A DNA stretch of 64,000 nt from Lama glama (GCA_028534125.1 CM052817.1:96164001-96228000); one strand, 5' to 3'; positions 1 to 14,149 are shown, counted from the first letter of the stretch. Notes: generated from the sequence alone by a model not told the origin. Program-made: numbers and translations.

Positions 1-265
1 GCATAATGTTTCAGTTATACATGTACATACATATATTCCTTTTCATATTCTTTTGCATTATAGGTCACTATAAGATATTGAATATAGTTCCCTGTGCTAT
101 ATACAGTATGAACTTGTTGTTTATCTATTTTATATATAGTAGTTAGTATCTGCAAATCCCAAACTCCTAATTTATCCCTTCCCACCCTCTTTCCCCAGTG
201 TAACCATAAGTTTGTTTTCTATGTCTGTGAGTCTGTTTCTGTTTTGTAAATATGTTCATTTGCAT
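1..265 (-). mobile_element. L1 LINE 3' end fragment (artiodactyl/camelid-type 3'UTR)
   Basis: Typical L1 3'UTR antisense text: gatattgaatatagttccctgtgctatatacag...taaccataagtttgttttctatgtctgtgagtctgtttctg. Confidence 0.85.
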
Positions 266-570
266 CTAAAAAGTTAAATTATTTTTTAAAGAGGTGATAC
301 ATACACATGGTCCTTTTTTTTTTAAGGTTGAACAGTAAAAAATCTGTTTGAAATCCTTGACTGCCAACAACTTACTTCTCTTCCCTAGAGGCAACCACTA
401 TTACTATTTCTTGAGTATCCCTTTAGAAACACTTCATGTGTATATAAAAGAGTACATATTCACATATAAATACATAATACATATTTATGTCTTATTTATG
501 TACACATATTTCTGTAATTTAAAAGAAACCATATATATTGGATATCATTCCTTTCTCTCTTTTTTTTTTT

Positions 571-1381
571 TTAGAAAAAGAATAGACTTAATTTTTTTAG
601 AACAGTTTTGAGTTCACAGCAAAACTGAGTAAAAAGCACAGAAAGTTCACATATATCTCTCTCCCCAACCCCATGCACACAGAGCCTCTCCAACTGTGAG
701 CAGACTCCACTTGGTTCACTCTTGATATTGTACATTCTATGGATTTGGACAAATACATAATGACATGTATCCACTATTACAGTTTCATACAGAATAATCT
801 CACTGTCTTAAAAATCCCCTGTGCTCTACCTATTCATTCCTCCCTCACCCCCAATCCCTGGCAACCACTGATTTTTCTTTTTCTGTGCCTATAGTTTTGA
901 CTTTTCCAGAATGTCATAGAGTTGGAATCACACAGCATGCAACCTTTTCAGGTTGGTTTCTTTTACTTCATGTAATATGTATTTAAGTTTCCTCCATGTC
1001 TTTTCATGGTTTGATAACTAATTTTTTTTTGCACTAAGTAATATTTCATTTTCTGGATGTATCAAAGTTTATTCATCCATTCATCTACAGAAGGACACCT
1101 TGGTTGCTTCCAAGTTTTGGCAAATATGAAGAAAGTTGCTGTAATCATCCACATGCAAGTGTCGGTGTGGACATAAGTTTTCAACTCTTTTGAGTAAATA
1201 CAAAAGAGTGTGACTGCTCACTGGTAAGATAAGAGTATGTTTAGTTTTGTAAGAAACTGCCACCCTGTCTTTTAGGCTGCAGCATTTAGCATTTTCAATG
1301 AAAGAGAGTTCCAGTTGCTCCACATCCTCACCAGCACTTGATGTTGTCATGCTCCAGATTCTGGCCATTCTAATTAGTGTG
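571..1381 (-). mobile_element. Old L1 (L1MC-like) 3' end plus end of ORF2
   Basis: T-tract, then agaacagttttgagttcacagcaaaactgag; ...ggttgcttccaagttttggcaaat...cacatcctcaccagcacttg. ORF 1081..1368(-) has L1 ORF2 C-terminal remnants (GEDVEQLELS). Confidence 0.8.
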
Positions 1382-2390
1382 CAGTACTAGAATGTAGAGA
1401 TGCTTAGTAAATAGTTGAATGAATTAATGTGTTAGTCTATCTGTTGGATCAACACAGAGTTTTGGATCAAAGCTTTGTGCATTTAAAATTTCTATGTTGC
1501 CAAACTACTCTCCCGAGAGGCTGCATTTATCCTTTCACCAGTTTTGCGGGAGATCGTCTATCATCACATGCTCACTAACATACGCATTAACAAACCTGAT
1601 AATCTGATAGATGAGAAACCTTCCTATACTTTAAATTTACATTTTCTTGTTATGTGTAAAGTCCAGCATTTTTTTCACATTAAAATTTACTTTTTGGTAA
1701 ACTCCCTATATCCTTTTTCCATTTAAAAAACTGAGTTATTAGTTTTTTGCCTGATGATTTATAATTTTAAATTTATATTTATAATGTATATTTATATTTA
1801 TAATTTTTTTGTAATAGAGATGAGCTTTCTGTGACATCTGCAGACTCTTTTCCAAGTTCATTTAAAAACTTGAAAAATTTGTGGTGTTTTGTCATACAGA
1901 AATGTTTTGTTTTTATAAAGATACATTTTTGCTTTTTTACTCTTTTGGTTGTAGAGTTGGGTTGGTTGCCCTGTGATCTCAGGTCTCTTATGGGTTCAAA
2001 AAAAATTATTTCGCAGATCTTGTAGTTTTGTTGTTGCTGAAAGGGTGAGAATGACATTATTTCTAGCTTTCTACATTTAAGCAGAAGCTAGAAGACTACT
2101 GATTTTTACCTATTACTTTTGTACCTAGCCATTTTATCAAGTTCTTTTGTTATTTATAAGGCATTTCATTGCTTTTCCTTGGTTTTTCAAATGACTATAC
2201 ACTGTTCTCATCCTTTTCCAGTTCTTATATGTCTTCTTTCTTTATAATAATGTTAAATGATAGCAGTGATAGTGAGCACTTTTATTTTATTATTGCTTTT
2301 ATGGAATTATTCCTAGTATAGATGATGAATTTTAGTAAATATATTATGAGCACCCATTGAGATAATCATGCAATCTTTCTCTTCTCAGTT

Positions 2391-4680
2391 GTTCATTCAT
2401 TCAACAAATACTTGGAAAGTGCCTATAATGTATTTGTGTTCTAAGTTTTGGGAATACTACACTGGGGAAAGAAAATAGACAAAATCTTATTGTCATGAAG
2501 CTTATAATTCTAGAGGTTAAAGACAGACAGTAAATAAATAAAATACATGTCAGATGATAATATATGTTACAGAGGGAACTGTATAGATATAGGGAATGTA
2601 TATATGTGTATGGGGGGTGGTTTGCAACTTCTAAAAGTACGATGAGGTGAGAGGGGAGGGTATAGCTCAGTGGTACAGTGCATGCTTAGCATGCCTGAGG
2701 TCCTGGGTTCAATCCTTATTACCTCCATTAAAATCAATAAGTAAATAAATAAACCTAATTACCTCCCTCCCAAAACAAAACCAAATTCAAAACAGTATGA
2801 CCATGTGATATTTGGCTAAAATTCTAAGGGAACTAAGCCATGGGACTATCTCAAAGAGCAGCACAGGCAAAAGGAACAGCAAGTCCAAAGGTCCCGAGGT
2901 GGGGCCTGCCTGGTGTGTCCCAGGAACAGAAGGAGACCTGTGTGGGAAGAGGGGGACTAGCACAGTGGGCGGGAGGAGAAGGAATGGTTATCAGACAGGT
3001 AACTGAGGGCCAGATCACATACGATCTCCTTTTACTTCATGTGAGATAGGAAATCATCCAGAGGGGTTTAAGCAGAGGAGTGACATAATCTAACTAGTAT
3101 TTTAAAAGGATTACTCTGACTGCTGTGTCAAGAAGAGACTGCATGGGAAGCTATTTAAACAATCCAGGCAAGATATGGAGGTAGCTTGGACCATGTTGGT
3201 AGCAGGGGGATAGTAAGAAGTTACATGATACTAGATATGTTTTCCAGGAACAGGATATGTTGGCAGGTTTGAAGTGGCATGTGAGGAGATTAAGGATGAC
3301 ACTCAGGTTTTAAATTTGTGCAAATGGAAGGATAATGCACCCATTAATTGAGATAGGACAGTCTGGAGGGAGCACCATTTGGGTGCAGTTCGGGTAAGGG
3401 ATGAGAGGGTGATTTTGCACATTCCAAGTCTGACGTGTCTTCTAGATATTCAAGGGAAGATGTCAGTTAGGAATTTTGTATACAAGCTTGGAATTTGGGC
3501 GAGAGGAGAGCTCCAGGGCGTATAAATAAATATGAGCATTATTAGTGAATAGATAATATTTAAGGCCATGAAATTGGATGAGATCAACAAGAGTATGAGT
3601 GCAAATAGAAAAGAGAAAAAATTAAAGCTTGAGCCATGGGTCACTCTAACACTTAAAGATCAGGAAGATTACATGGAACCAGCAAAGGGGAATGAGCAGG
3701 AGTGGTTAGGGAGGAGGGAGAAGCCAGTATGGTGAGCCTTTGAAAAGCATATTTAAAGGAGGAGGGAGTAATTGACTCTGCTCAGTGTTGCTGATAGGTC
3801 AAATAAGGTGAGGAGGACTGAGAAATGCCTACTGGGTTTGATGATGTGGAAGTCATTGATGAGTTAGAGAAACACAATCTTGGTAGAAGGTGGGACTAGG
3901 CATCTGATGTGAGTGGGTTCAGGAGAGAACGGGGAGACAGGAATTAGAAGCAGCTAATGTAGATGATTCTTTAAAGAGTGTTGTGATGAAGTGGAGCAGA
4001 GAAATGGGGCAGTAACTGGTGAGGACGGTGAGGTAAAAAGATTTTTTTTTAAGGTGAGAGAAATTACTGCATGTTTATATACCGATAAGAATGATCTACA
4101 GATCATTTGATGCAGATGGAGAGAGGTGAGAACTGTTGGAGGTAATGGCTTTGAGAAAATGAGAATGGATGAGATATAGTACACAGGTAGACAGACTGGC
4201 CTAGGCTGGGAGCATGACAGTCAATCCTCAGCAAAAGGAGAGAATGTATATATTGAGCGGAGATGTAGGTAAGTGAGTGGATGTGATGATGCTGCATTGG
4301 GAGTTCTCTTTTGATTGTTTTTTAATAAAATAAGAAATAGGATCATCAACTGAGAGTGAGGCTGGGGGAGAAAGTGTTGGAGGTTTGGGTAAAGGGGACA
4401 AAATGTGAAGTAGCCATCTACAAGAAGGGGAGAATGAACTCGAGGAGTATAGTGATTGGGGTCAGCATTAAAGGCCCACTTGAGGTTAGTGATCATGAAT
4501 TTAAAATTACACCAATCAGCATGGCCGTCTGCTTTTCTGCAGCAACATTCTGTTTTAAGGATACAAACAAGAAGTCGACAGAGAGTGGAGTCTAGTTAAT
4601 GTCATGGTTTTACCAGGCAATTATGAAGAAGACAGAGAGGCAAGAGATGGACCACAGACTCTAAGCTACTTAAAGACAGA
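2391..4680 (-). mobile_element. L2 LINE (long fragment), interrupted by a Vic-1 SINE
   Basis: L2 3' terminus in antisense (ttcattcattcaacaaatac), followed by purine-rich L2 body (aggattactctgactgctgtg, atttaaggccatgaaattggatgagatc). Confidence 0.8.
2653..2793 (+). mobile_element. Vic-1-type tRNA-Ala-derived SINE
   Basis: ggggagggtatagctcagtggta (A box)...gcttagcatg...gggttcaatcc (B box), then A-rich tail with aaacctaattacctcc. Confidence 0.85.
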
Positions 4681-5499
4681 AAAGTAGTTTCCATGTGGCA
4701 ATTTCTTCCTGGAATTTTTCAGGAAATTTGTATGTTTTGTTCAATCCTGAATCCCAGGGAAAAAAAGGTAAGTTGATAGACTGCGGAAACAGGTAAAAGC
4801 ATTATAATTCCCCTGTGAGAATGAATGCCTAACAACATAAAGACGTTACTTTGGGGGAAGAAATCCACTAGCATCAAGCTGAAATCAAGAGCAGGAAATG
4901 CTGAAACTCAGGATCAAAGCTAAGGGTTGACATTTCTGTAAACTTAATGAGAACATGTAAGAGAGAAATAGTCATGTTCTGGTTAGGCTTGTTTTGGGCT
5001 GTGGCCGTGCTATAAATATGTGCTTATGGCATTGTCTGCTGCTAATGGTGAGTTGATCTTTCAAGGAAAATAACTGTTATTCGGCTTACATGAGTAATAT
5101 ACTTTACACAAATTCTGTGAATGGTATTCCAAGAAATATGTTTTCAAAGCAAAAAGAAAAATCTCTCAGTCTGCATTTCTGATACGTGATTCTTAGTGTT
5201 GTTACACTACTAAGTGACTGGAATGTTATGTTATTTGAATTCTCACCCAATAATGTTTGCTGGCATTTTCTAGGGTTTGAATAATCACTCTAAGCAACAG
5301 CTCTTTGTAAATTTTACTCAACTTAATATTTCCTCATATATTTATATTTTTAGATTATAGACTTTAAAATATATTGATAGTAAATCAAGAGTATGAAGAC
5401 TATGGAAGTATTTTAAGAATAGCTTATGATTGACGGAATTCCTACGAATTCTGTTTCTCATTCCCAAATCGCAAAAACTAATATATGCTGGGAACTAGG

Positions 5500-6290
5500 A
5501 AACAGTAGAATGAAGTGTGAACATGAGGGAACTGAGGGAAAATGAAAAAGTGGGAGGACCAACTGATAATAGGGCTTGATAGGAACTCATTTATTATGTG
5601 AAGCAAAGTGCAGGGACAGGAGATGGTGGAATTTTTGAAACTGAGTTGAAGGCAGTGCAGTTTTCACTATTGAAAAGGTCTATTAGGTTTAACTACAGGA
5701 AAGAGTAGGTAAGATAAGATGGAAGACAAGGTCATTGAAGTAGAAGAGGTCAAGAAAGTGAGAAGAGAAAATGCTGGAGGATCATTATGCATAGTGACAA
5801 TGAACCAGGAGATAAGAGCTTCAAGGGATGAAAAGGAGAGACATGGAGACAGATGGAGGGTATTCCTTTTCTGACCATGAATTTCTAAGGAGTCACTGAA
5901 AGGATTTCAGTGGTTGAAGAGAATTGGGAGATGGGATGGGTGGGGGAAGGGTGTGTAGAAAACCTTATGGATTGAGTCTTGGGAGATCAGGATGTTTTGT
6001 CATCACTGCTCTGAAGAGTGATAATAGATACAGGGAGATTACACCTGATAGCCACAGGCAGAGAGTGGGCGTAAAGCTGGGAGTCAGGAGCCAAAGCTAG
6101 GGGAGGACTTTTGCCTGCAACTCACAGAGATTGGCTGCACTCTCTACTCCTGCCAACTTTGAATGTGGAGGCAGAAGTGAAATGACATTATCCAGAACAC
6201 CTGGGTCTCTGGAGGAGTAGGAGGAGTTTTGGGATACATCTTGAATCTTACAGGGGAGGCTGAGGGAAGGGCAGTGAGTTACATTAATAA
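5500..6290 (-). mobile_element. Degenerate L2 body fragments
   Basis: Purine-rich decayed sequence of the same character as the 2.4-4.7 kb L2. Confidence 0.4.
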
Positions 6291-6789
6291 ATCTCCTCAT
6301 ACTGGGCTGTCTCTACACTCCTGTTACAAACCTCATTTGGTCACGGCATGTTATTCTTTTAATAGTCTACTTGATTCTGCGTATTCAAAATTTTGTAGTA
6401 CTGTTTGAAAGTCTGATAGTTCTATAGTTATTTTTCTCTTTTAGTGCTTTGTTAAATTTTTGTATTAAATTCTATACTGGTTTTGTAAAAATAATTGGAT
6501 GCTTCTTTTTTATCTGTAACCTTGAAAAGTTTAAATAGCACTGGAGATATCTATTCCTTAAAAGTTGATAGAATTCAATTGTGAAAGCTTTTTATAGGAC
6601 TGAAATGTTGCTATTACTTGTTTTTATTATATTGAATATCTGAAAAGAGAATCCAAGTTTTTTTTTTATCTTAGCACCTAGCTCAGTGCCTGAAACAAAC
6701 TAAATTATCATCAACATTACAAATTATGATTCATATTTCAAGAAAAAGGAGTTTAAGTTAAAATATCTTAATATAAAGATTTTTATTAG

Positions 6790-7680
6790 CTGTTCCTCTC
6801 CATTTTCAGGCTCCAACCTTAATTTAGCCTCTGTTACTTGATCTATTACAGTAGTCTTCCAACTGGTCTCTCTGGCTTCTCTCTTCCTTGTCTCTAATAT
6901 CTATCTTGTATTTTACTCCCAGATTAATCTTCCTAAAGGTCTGCTCTGCTCATCTGACCCTGGGATAAAAATCTTGAGAAGCCTCCCAATGACCAAAACA
7001 CAAGTCCAAACGTTTCGCTGTTCTCCATTTAATAGAGCTCACCTTTATTTCCCACTATTTCCCCATAGATACAGCATGTTCAGGTAAACTGGGTTCCTTG
7101 CCATTTCCCTCACAATTCTTGTCTTTTCATTTCTGTCCTTTGTTCATGCAGTTCCATTATTTATTTAGATTTTTCTTCTATTCCCCTTTGCCTATTGGCC
7201 AAAGAATCCTGTTCATCTTTTATTTTTTTATTTTTTAAGGATTTAAAGTTTAATTTTTTTAACATTTTTTATTGATTTATAATCATTTTACAATGTTGTG
7301 TCAAATTCCAGTGTTCAGCACAATTTTTCAGTCATTCATGGACATATACACACTCATTGTCACATTTTTTCCTTTGTGATTTATCATAACATTTTGTGTA
7401 TATTTCCCTGTGCTATACAGTGTAATCTTGTTTATCTATTCTACAATTTTGAAGTCCCAGTCTATCCCTTCCCACCCTCTGTTCATCTTTTAAGCTCAAC
7501 TCTTCCATGAATTTGTCCATGAAAACAGAGTTATCTCTCATAGTTCTTTGAAAAAATCATAGTATCTCACATCCTCTGTTAAAATGAACACTTCCTGAAG
7601 GCAAGAATCCTAACATACAGCTCTTTAGAACACTTAGAGCTTTTCTTCAACAATTAGTTTTTGAATGGGTGAATGAATAA
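6790..7680 (+). mobile_element. L2 LINE 3' fragment, interrupted by a young L1
   Basis: ctattacagtagtcttccaactggtctctctggcttc...cccagattaatcttcctaaa; ends in tgaatgggtgaatgaataaat. Confidence 0.65.
7223..7478 (-). mobile_element. Young 5'-truncated camelid L1 3' end with 14-bp TSD
   Basis: Perfect TSD ctgttcatctttta at 7209-7222 and 7479-7492; L1 3'UTR (tttccctgtgctatacagtgtaatcttgtttatctattc). Confidence 0.88.
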
Positions 7681-10600
7681 ATCTATAAACTGATAATGAT
7701 TTATTCTAACAATTTAAGGTAAGTTCTGAACATTCTAATATAGTACGGATTTGACATGCTATGGAATTTAGCATCATGTTTTGATTAATACATGACATCT
7801 GGATGAAATATATATGTTCTGTACACTTCTGTAAGTATGATATATATCACAATTACAAAAATTCATGAGCTTGCATGAAATAATGGCAGTCATACACCTA
7901 ATTTCAAATATGTTTTCCTTGAAACAATAATAGATTAATATTTAATGGACTTTCAGAAGCATATTTTAAAATATTATTAGAACTATTATTTAAGAAGAAT
8001 CTATTTACTTATCCTATTTTATGTTAGTATGTTATCTAGCTGTAGTGTTGGATAACTTGTTGTTTAAAATCAACTGGTTTTCATCTTAAGAGTGACAAAT
8101 GCCTACCAAAGATGTCTTCCGGAGTGGCTTTCTCAAGGCCTCAAATAAGAACTTGAGGAAACAGAACTATTACACTGATGATTTTCAGAAAATATTTAAT
8201 ATTTGAGCAAGCCAGGATGTTATTAGCATATAAACACAATATAACAGCTTTCCCAGGTACACAGACATTTACTTCTGAGAGACCACTGGAATCTCTTTTA
8301 CCATATCTGTGAGGTATTTTTTAAAATTCAGCTATGAAAATTCGTGAGACTATTGAGCTTAAATTTTAGCCAGAATAGCATCTAGTGACTCAAATGCTTT
8401 ATCTTTTTAAGAAGAAAATAATAAAGCACTTCTTCCTTTCTGATAAATGGAAATGTTAGGTAACTAAAGAAGAAATGTGAAATTATTGGTCAAAGAATAG
8501 CTATAAATCTTTTAAATACTGGTGTCTTTCTAAGTGAAATAATTGGTTAATTAGTGATATTTTTCTTTGATTTCTCCAACTATTATTGAATTTCTTCATA
8601 ATTAAAATTTTGAACACAATTTTAGCTATAAGTTTTTGCTGTGAAATTTTAAAGAAATCATAAGCATATAACATTCACTTTTCTAGATTTAAAGAAAATG
8701 AACATGAGTTTCCAATAACATTCTACCATGAAGACACTGGTGCTGGAAAGCACCATTTTGGAGTCCTTTTTCTAGCCCATTAGTGCTGGAGGCTTACCTG
8801 CCCACCAGCCAATTGGCACCAGTCCTAAGACCCCTCCAGGCCAAGCAGCTAGTGGACTGGGAACTCAGCCCTGCCCACCAGTTGGCCCAGCCCAGCCCCT
8901 GTGGCCAGCCATTCCTCCTCAGTGGGCCAGCAGCCACCCTTGGAGATAGGATCAGGCAGCTAGACCCCCCTACCAGCTGCCCATAGTAGTCAGCGCCACC
9001 ACAACAGAAGGGCTTATGCAGCCCACATAGGGGGTGCACCTAGAGCATATAGCTCTAGGGGAGGGTGCTGCTGGGCTCCATAGTATATCTCCTATTGTAA
9101 GGCCACTTCTCTAAGATCAGGAAATGTAACTGACCTACCTAATACAGAAATAAATGCAGAGAATTAGGCAAAATGAGGTAACAGAGGGATTTTTTCTAAA
9201 TGAAAGAACAAGATAAAACCCCAGGAGAACTAAGCAAAGTGGAGATAAGTAGTCTACCTGATAAAGAATTCAAGGTAATTATCATAAAGATGCTCAATGA
9301 ACTCAGGAGAAGAATGCATGAACACAGTGAGAAGTTAAGGGGGTAGAAAACATAAAGAAAGATCAAAAAGAGCTGAAGAATATAATAACTGAAATAGAAA
9401 ATACACTAGAAGGGATCAACAGCAGATTAGATGATACAGAGGAATGGATCTGTAAACCAGAAGACAGAGTGGTGGAAATCACTCATGCTGAACAGAAAAA
9501 AGAGTTTTGTTTTTTTTTTTTTTAAAAGAGAACAATTTAACAGATGTCTAGGACAACATCAAACATACTGATATTCACATTATATGGGTCCCAGAAGGAG
9601 AAGAGAGAAAGGGCAGAGAACTAATTTGAGGAGATAATAGCTGAGAAGTTCCCTAACCTGGGAAAAGAAACAGATATCAGGTCCAGGAAGCACAGAGAGT
9701 CCCAAATAATATGAACCTAAAGAGGTTCATGCCAAGAAACAATGTAATTAAAGAATGAAAATTAAAGACACAGTCTTAAAAGCAGCAAGAGAAAAACACT
9801 AGTTAAGTACAATGCAAGTCCCATAAGGCTATAAGCTGATTTTTCAGCAGCAACTTTGCAGGCCAGAAGAGAGTGGCATGATATATTTAAAGTGATGTAA
9901 AGAAAACACCTACAACCAAGAATACTCTACATGGGAAGACGTTCAGATTTGAAGGTGAGACAAAGAGTTTTACAGATAAGCAGAAGCTAAGAGGGCTTAG
10001 CACCCTTAAACTGACTTTATAAAAAATGTTAAAGGGACTTCTCTAAGTGAAAAAGAAAAGACCACTCTGAAATATGAAAACTATAAAAGGAAAAAACTCT
10101 CATTGGTAAAGGCAAACATATAGAAAAGGTAGTAGATCAACGACTTGTAAAGCTAGCAGGAAAGTTAAAAGACAAAAGTAAAATCATCTATATCCACAAG
10201 AAATAATTAAAGAATACTCAAAACAAAAAGATATAAAATATGATGGCAAAACATTGTGTGTGTGGGGGGGTTGTAAAATGCAGGGTTGTTAGAGTGCATT
10301 TGAACTTAAGAAGTCATCAACTTAAAATAATCACATATATGTCATTACATATACACCTTATGGTAGCTACAAACCAAAAATCTCTAATAGACACATACAA
10401 AAAGAGAAAGAAATCCAAACATAACCCCAAAGATAAACTAAACACTGAAGTCATCAAATCACAAGGGGAAAGAGCAAAAGAAGAAAAAGGAACAAAAAAG
10501 ATCTACAAATCAACCAGAAAACCGCTAACAAAATGGAAGCAGCATTATGTACATATCTATCAATAATTTAAATGTAAATGGACTAAATGCTCCAGTCAAA

Positions 10601-11083
10601 AGACATAAGGTAGCTGAATGAATAGAGAACAAGACCCAATTAAATGCTGCCTATAGTAGACTCATTTCAGATATAAAGACACACACAAACTGAAAGTTAG
10701 GGGATGGAAAAAAGTATTCCATGTGAATGTAAATAAAAGGAAATCTGGGACACCAATACTTATATCAGACAAAATAGACTTTAAAATGACGCCTGTAACA
10801 GGACACAAAGAGGACATTCTATAATGATAAAAGGATCAAATCAATGAGATGATATAACAATTGTAAATATATGTGCACCCAATTTGGAGCACCTAAATAC
10901 ACACAGAGAATATTAACAAACATAAAAAGAGAAATTGACAGCAACACAGTAACAGTAGAAGACTTTAACATCCTACTTACATCAATGAACAGAATATCCA
11001 GACAGAAAATCAATAAGGAACCACTGGCCTTGAATGACACATTAGATCACGTGGATTACACAAACACACACACATACACACGT

Positions 11084-11085
<2 letters not shown>

Positions 11086-11129
<44 letters not shown>

Positions 11130-11200
11130 TGACAGATAGATAGACCGATAGATAGACTGATTGATTGATAGAATATTTCCAGGTTAGATAGATAGAGAGA
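11086..11200 (+). repeat. (TAGA)n tetranucleotide microsatellite with degenerate tail, inside L1 ORF2
   Basis: tagatagatagataga... directly visible. Confidence 0.95.
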
Positions 11201-11861
11201 CAGAACATTCTATTCAAAAGCAGAATATGGTCTTTTCAAGTGCACATCAAACATTCTCCAGGATAGATCACATGCTAGACCACAAAACTAGCCATAAAAG
11301 AAAGAAGATTGAAATTATACCAGTATCTTTTCTGACTATAACAGTATGAGAAATCCTAAAGACGCCACCACACTATTAGAACTAATACATGAATTCAGTA
11401 AAATTTCAAGACACAAAATTAATATGCAAAGTCTGTTTCATTTCTGTACACTAACTATGAAATATCAGAAGGAGAAATGGAGAAAACAATCCCATTTACA
11501 GGTATATCAAACAGAATAAATCCATCCAAGGAGGTGAAAGATCTGTACTCACAAAACCATAAGACATTGATGGAAAAAAACTGAAGATGATACAAACAAA
11601 TGGAAAGATATTCTGCACTCATGGATTGGAAAAATTAGTATTTTTTAAGTGACCATATCTACAGATTCAGTGCAATCCCTATCAAAGTATCAATGGCATT
11701 TTTCACAGAATAAGAACAAATAATTCTAAAATTTGTATGGAATCACTAAAGATCCTGAATTGCCAAAAAGTCTTGAGAAAGAACAAAAAAGCTGAAGGTA
11801 TCACACACTAATTTCAAACTATAATGCAAAGCTACAATAATCCATACAGTATGGTACTGGC

Positions 11862-11908
11862 ACAAACACATACACACACTCACACACTCTCACACACACA
11901 CACACACA
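11862..11908 (+). repeat. Imperfect (CA)n microsatellite
   Basis: cacacactcacacactctcacacacacacacacaca. Confidence 0.9.
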
Positions 11909-13175
11909 GATCAAACAGGATGAAAGCCAGGAAACAAACATATGCTTATGTGGTCAATTAATCTAGGACAAAGGAGCAAGAATAGACAACAGGGAAAGGA
12001 TAGTCTCTTCAATAAATGGTGTTGGGACAACTCAACAGCTACATACAAAAGAATCAAACCAGACTACTCTCTCACACCATATATCTAAATTCAAAATGAA
12101 TTAAAGACTTAAATGTAAGAATTGAAAACCTAAAACTCCTAGAAGAAAACACAGGCAGTACACTCCTTGTCATTGGTCTTAGCAATATTTTTCTGGCTAT
12201 GTCTCCTCAGGCAAGGGAAACAAAAGCAAAAATAAACAAATGGGACTACATCAAACTAAAGATATTTTGCACAGCAAAGCAAACTATCAACAATATGAAA
12301 AGGTAGCCTACTAAATGGGGGAAGATATTTTCAAATGATGTATCTCATAAGGGGTTAATATCCAAAATATACAAAGAACTTATGCAACTGAAATTCAAAA
12401 AACAATCCAATTAAAAAATGGGTAAAGGAACTGTACACACATTTTTCCAAAGAGAAAACGTAGATGGCCAACAGACACAAGAAAAGATGCTCAATATCAC
12501 TAGTGATCAGGGAAATGAAGATCAAAACCACAATGAGATACCACTTCATACCTGTCAGAATGGCTGTCATCAAAAAGACAACAAATAACAAGTGGTAGTG
12601 AGGATATGGATAAAAGGGAATTTTCGTGCACTGTTGGTAGGAATGTATATTGTTACAATCACTGTGAAAAACTGTATGAATGCTCCTCAGAAACTTAAAA
12701 GTAGAATTATCATATGATCAAGCAATTCCACTTCTGGGTATTTCCCCAAAGAAAACAAACAAACAAACAAAATTTGAATAGATATATGCACCCCAAGTTC
12801 ATTGCAGCATTATTTACAATAGACAAGATATGGAAGGGCAACCTGTGTCTAGAGATATATAAATAAATGAATGGATAAAGAATGGGTATATAAATAATGA
12901 AATATTACTCAGCCATAAAAAGAATGAGATCTTGCCATTTGCACAACACGAATGGATCTAGAATGTATCAAGCTAAGTGAAATAAGTCAAAGAAAGCCAA
13001 GCACTATTTAATTTCACTTGTACGTGGAATCTTGAAAAAAAAAAAGAACAAATGAACAAACATAACAACATAGAAATAGATTCATAGATACAGAGAACAA
13101 ATAGGTGGTTGCCAGAGATGAGGGGGTTGGAAGATGAGTGAAACAGATGAGGGAGATCAAGAGGTAAAAACTTCC

Positions 13176-13337
13176 GGCAGGGGGAGGGTATAGCTCAAGT
13201 GGTAGAGCGCATGCTTAGCATGCAGGAGGTTCTGCGTTCAAACCCAAGTACTTCCTCTAAAAATAAATAAATGAATAAACCTAATTATCTCACCCCGTCA
13301 AAAAAATTAAATTAAAAAAATAAACAATTAAAAAAAG
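13176..13337 (+). mobile_element. Vic-1-type SINE with 16-bp TSD, inserted in L1 3'UTR
   Basis: Perfect TSD agaggtaaaaacttcc at 13160-13175 and 13338-13353; tRNA-Ala-like head, A-rich tail. Confidence 0.92.
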
Positions 13338-13429
13338 AGAGGTAAAAACTTCCAGTTGCAAAATAAATGAATCACAGGTTTAAAATGTACAGCATGGTCT
13401 CCATCCAAAAAAAATTTTTTTTAAGAAGT

Positions 13430-13512
13430 GGGGAGGATATAGCTAATGAGAGCACATGCTTAGCACACACTAGGTCCTGGGTTCAATCCTGGTTACTTCC
13501 ATTCAAAAAATT
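13430..13512 (+). mobile_element. Degenerate Vic-1-type SINE
   Basis: ggggaggatatagcta...atgcttagcac...ggtcctgggttcaatcc. Confidence 0.8.
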
Positions 13513-14149
13513 TTTAAATTTACAGCAGTAATACTGTAATAACTTTGTACAGTGACAGATGATAAATAGATTTGTTGGGGTGATCATTTTGTAATGCTTA
13601 GAAATATCGAATCACTTTGTTGTACATCTGGAAATTAACATAGTGTTGTAGGTCAATTTTACTTAAAACAAAACGAAAAAACCCCAAACCACACACTCAG
13701 CTGCATAGAAATGTGTCTGACAGGATATATACTAAGCTGGCGATAGTCTTATTCCTCAAGAAAGCATCCATGCGCGGAAGGCGCTTTTACTCTTTAGCAT
13801 ATACTTTTTTGTATTTCATGAAGCATTTGGGGAAATTATGCTGTATGAGTATTAATAGCTATATGTGGAGCCTCTCGGCAAAAAGTTAAGATATGATACA
13901 GAATAGTAAAGAATGTGACATTTTGGTTAAAAAAAAAATTTATCTGTGGCACTTCTGGAATAGTGCTGAAAGTGTTTTGCTGGAGCTACGAAGTAACTCT
14001 AGAGGGGGACATGAGGATTCTTTCCATTCTTCTCTCTGCGAGGAAGGTATCCTCACATCCCCTACAGCTGGAAGAGCACAGAACTCAGTTTATACAGCAA
14101 ATATAACTAGTCATTAGAGATAAAAGAAATACTGCATTTAAAAAAAAGA

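Larger units (their letters stand above)
8722..13685 (+). mobile_element. Near-full-length decayed L1 (5'UTR, ORF1 ~9170-10050, ORF2 from ~10550 with large internal deletion, 3'UTR)
   Basis: ORF1 remnants; endonuclease start aatgtaaatggactaaatgctcca (NVNGLNAP); ORF 10871..11095 (APKYTQRILTNIKREIDSNT..DFNILLTSMNR); ORF2 3' region and 3'UTR (tactcagccataaaaagaatgag). Many stops and frameshifts. Confidence 0.92.

Noticed and set aside
10240..11095. ORFs with L1 endonuclease similarity
   Set aside because: Fragments of a decayed L1 with many stops and frameshifts and a deleted RT core; not an active element or domesticated gene
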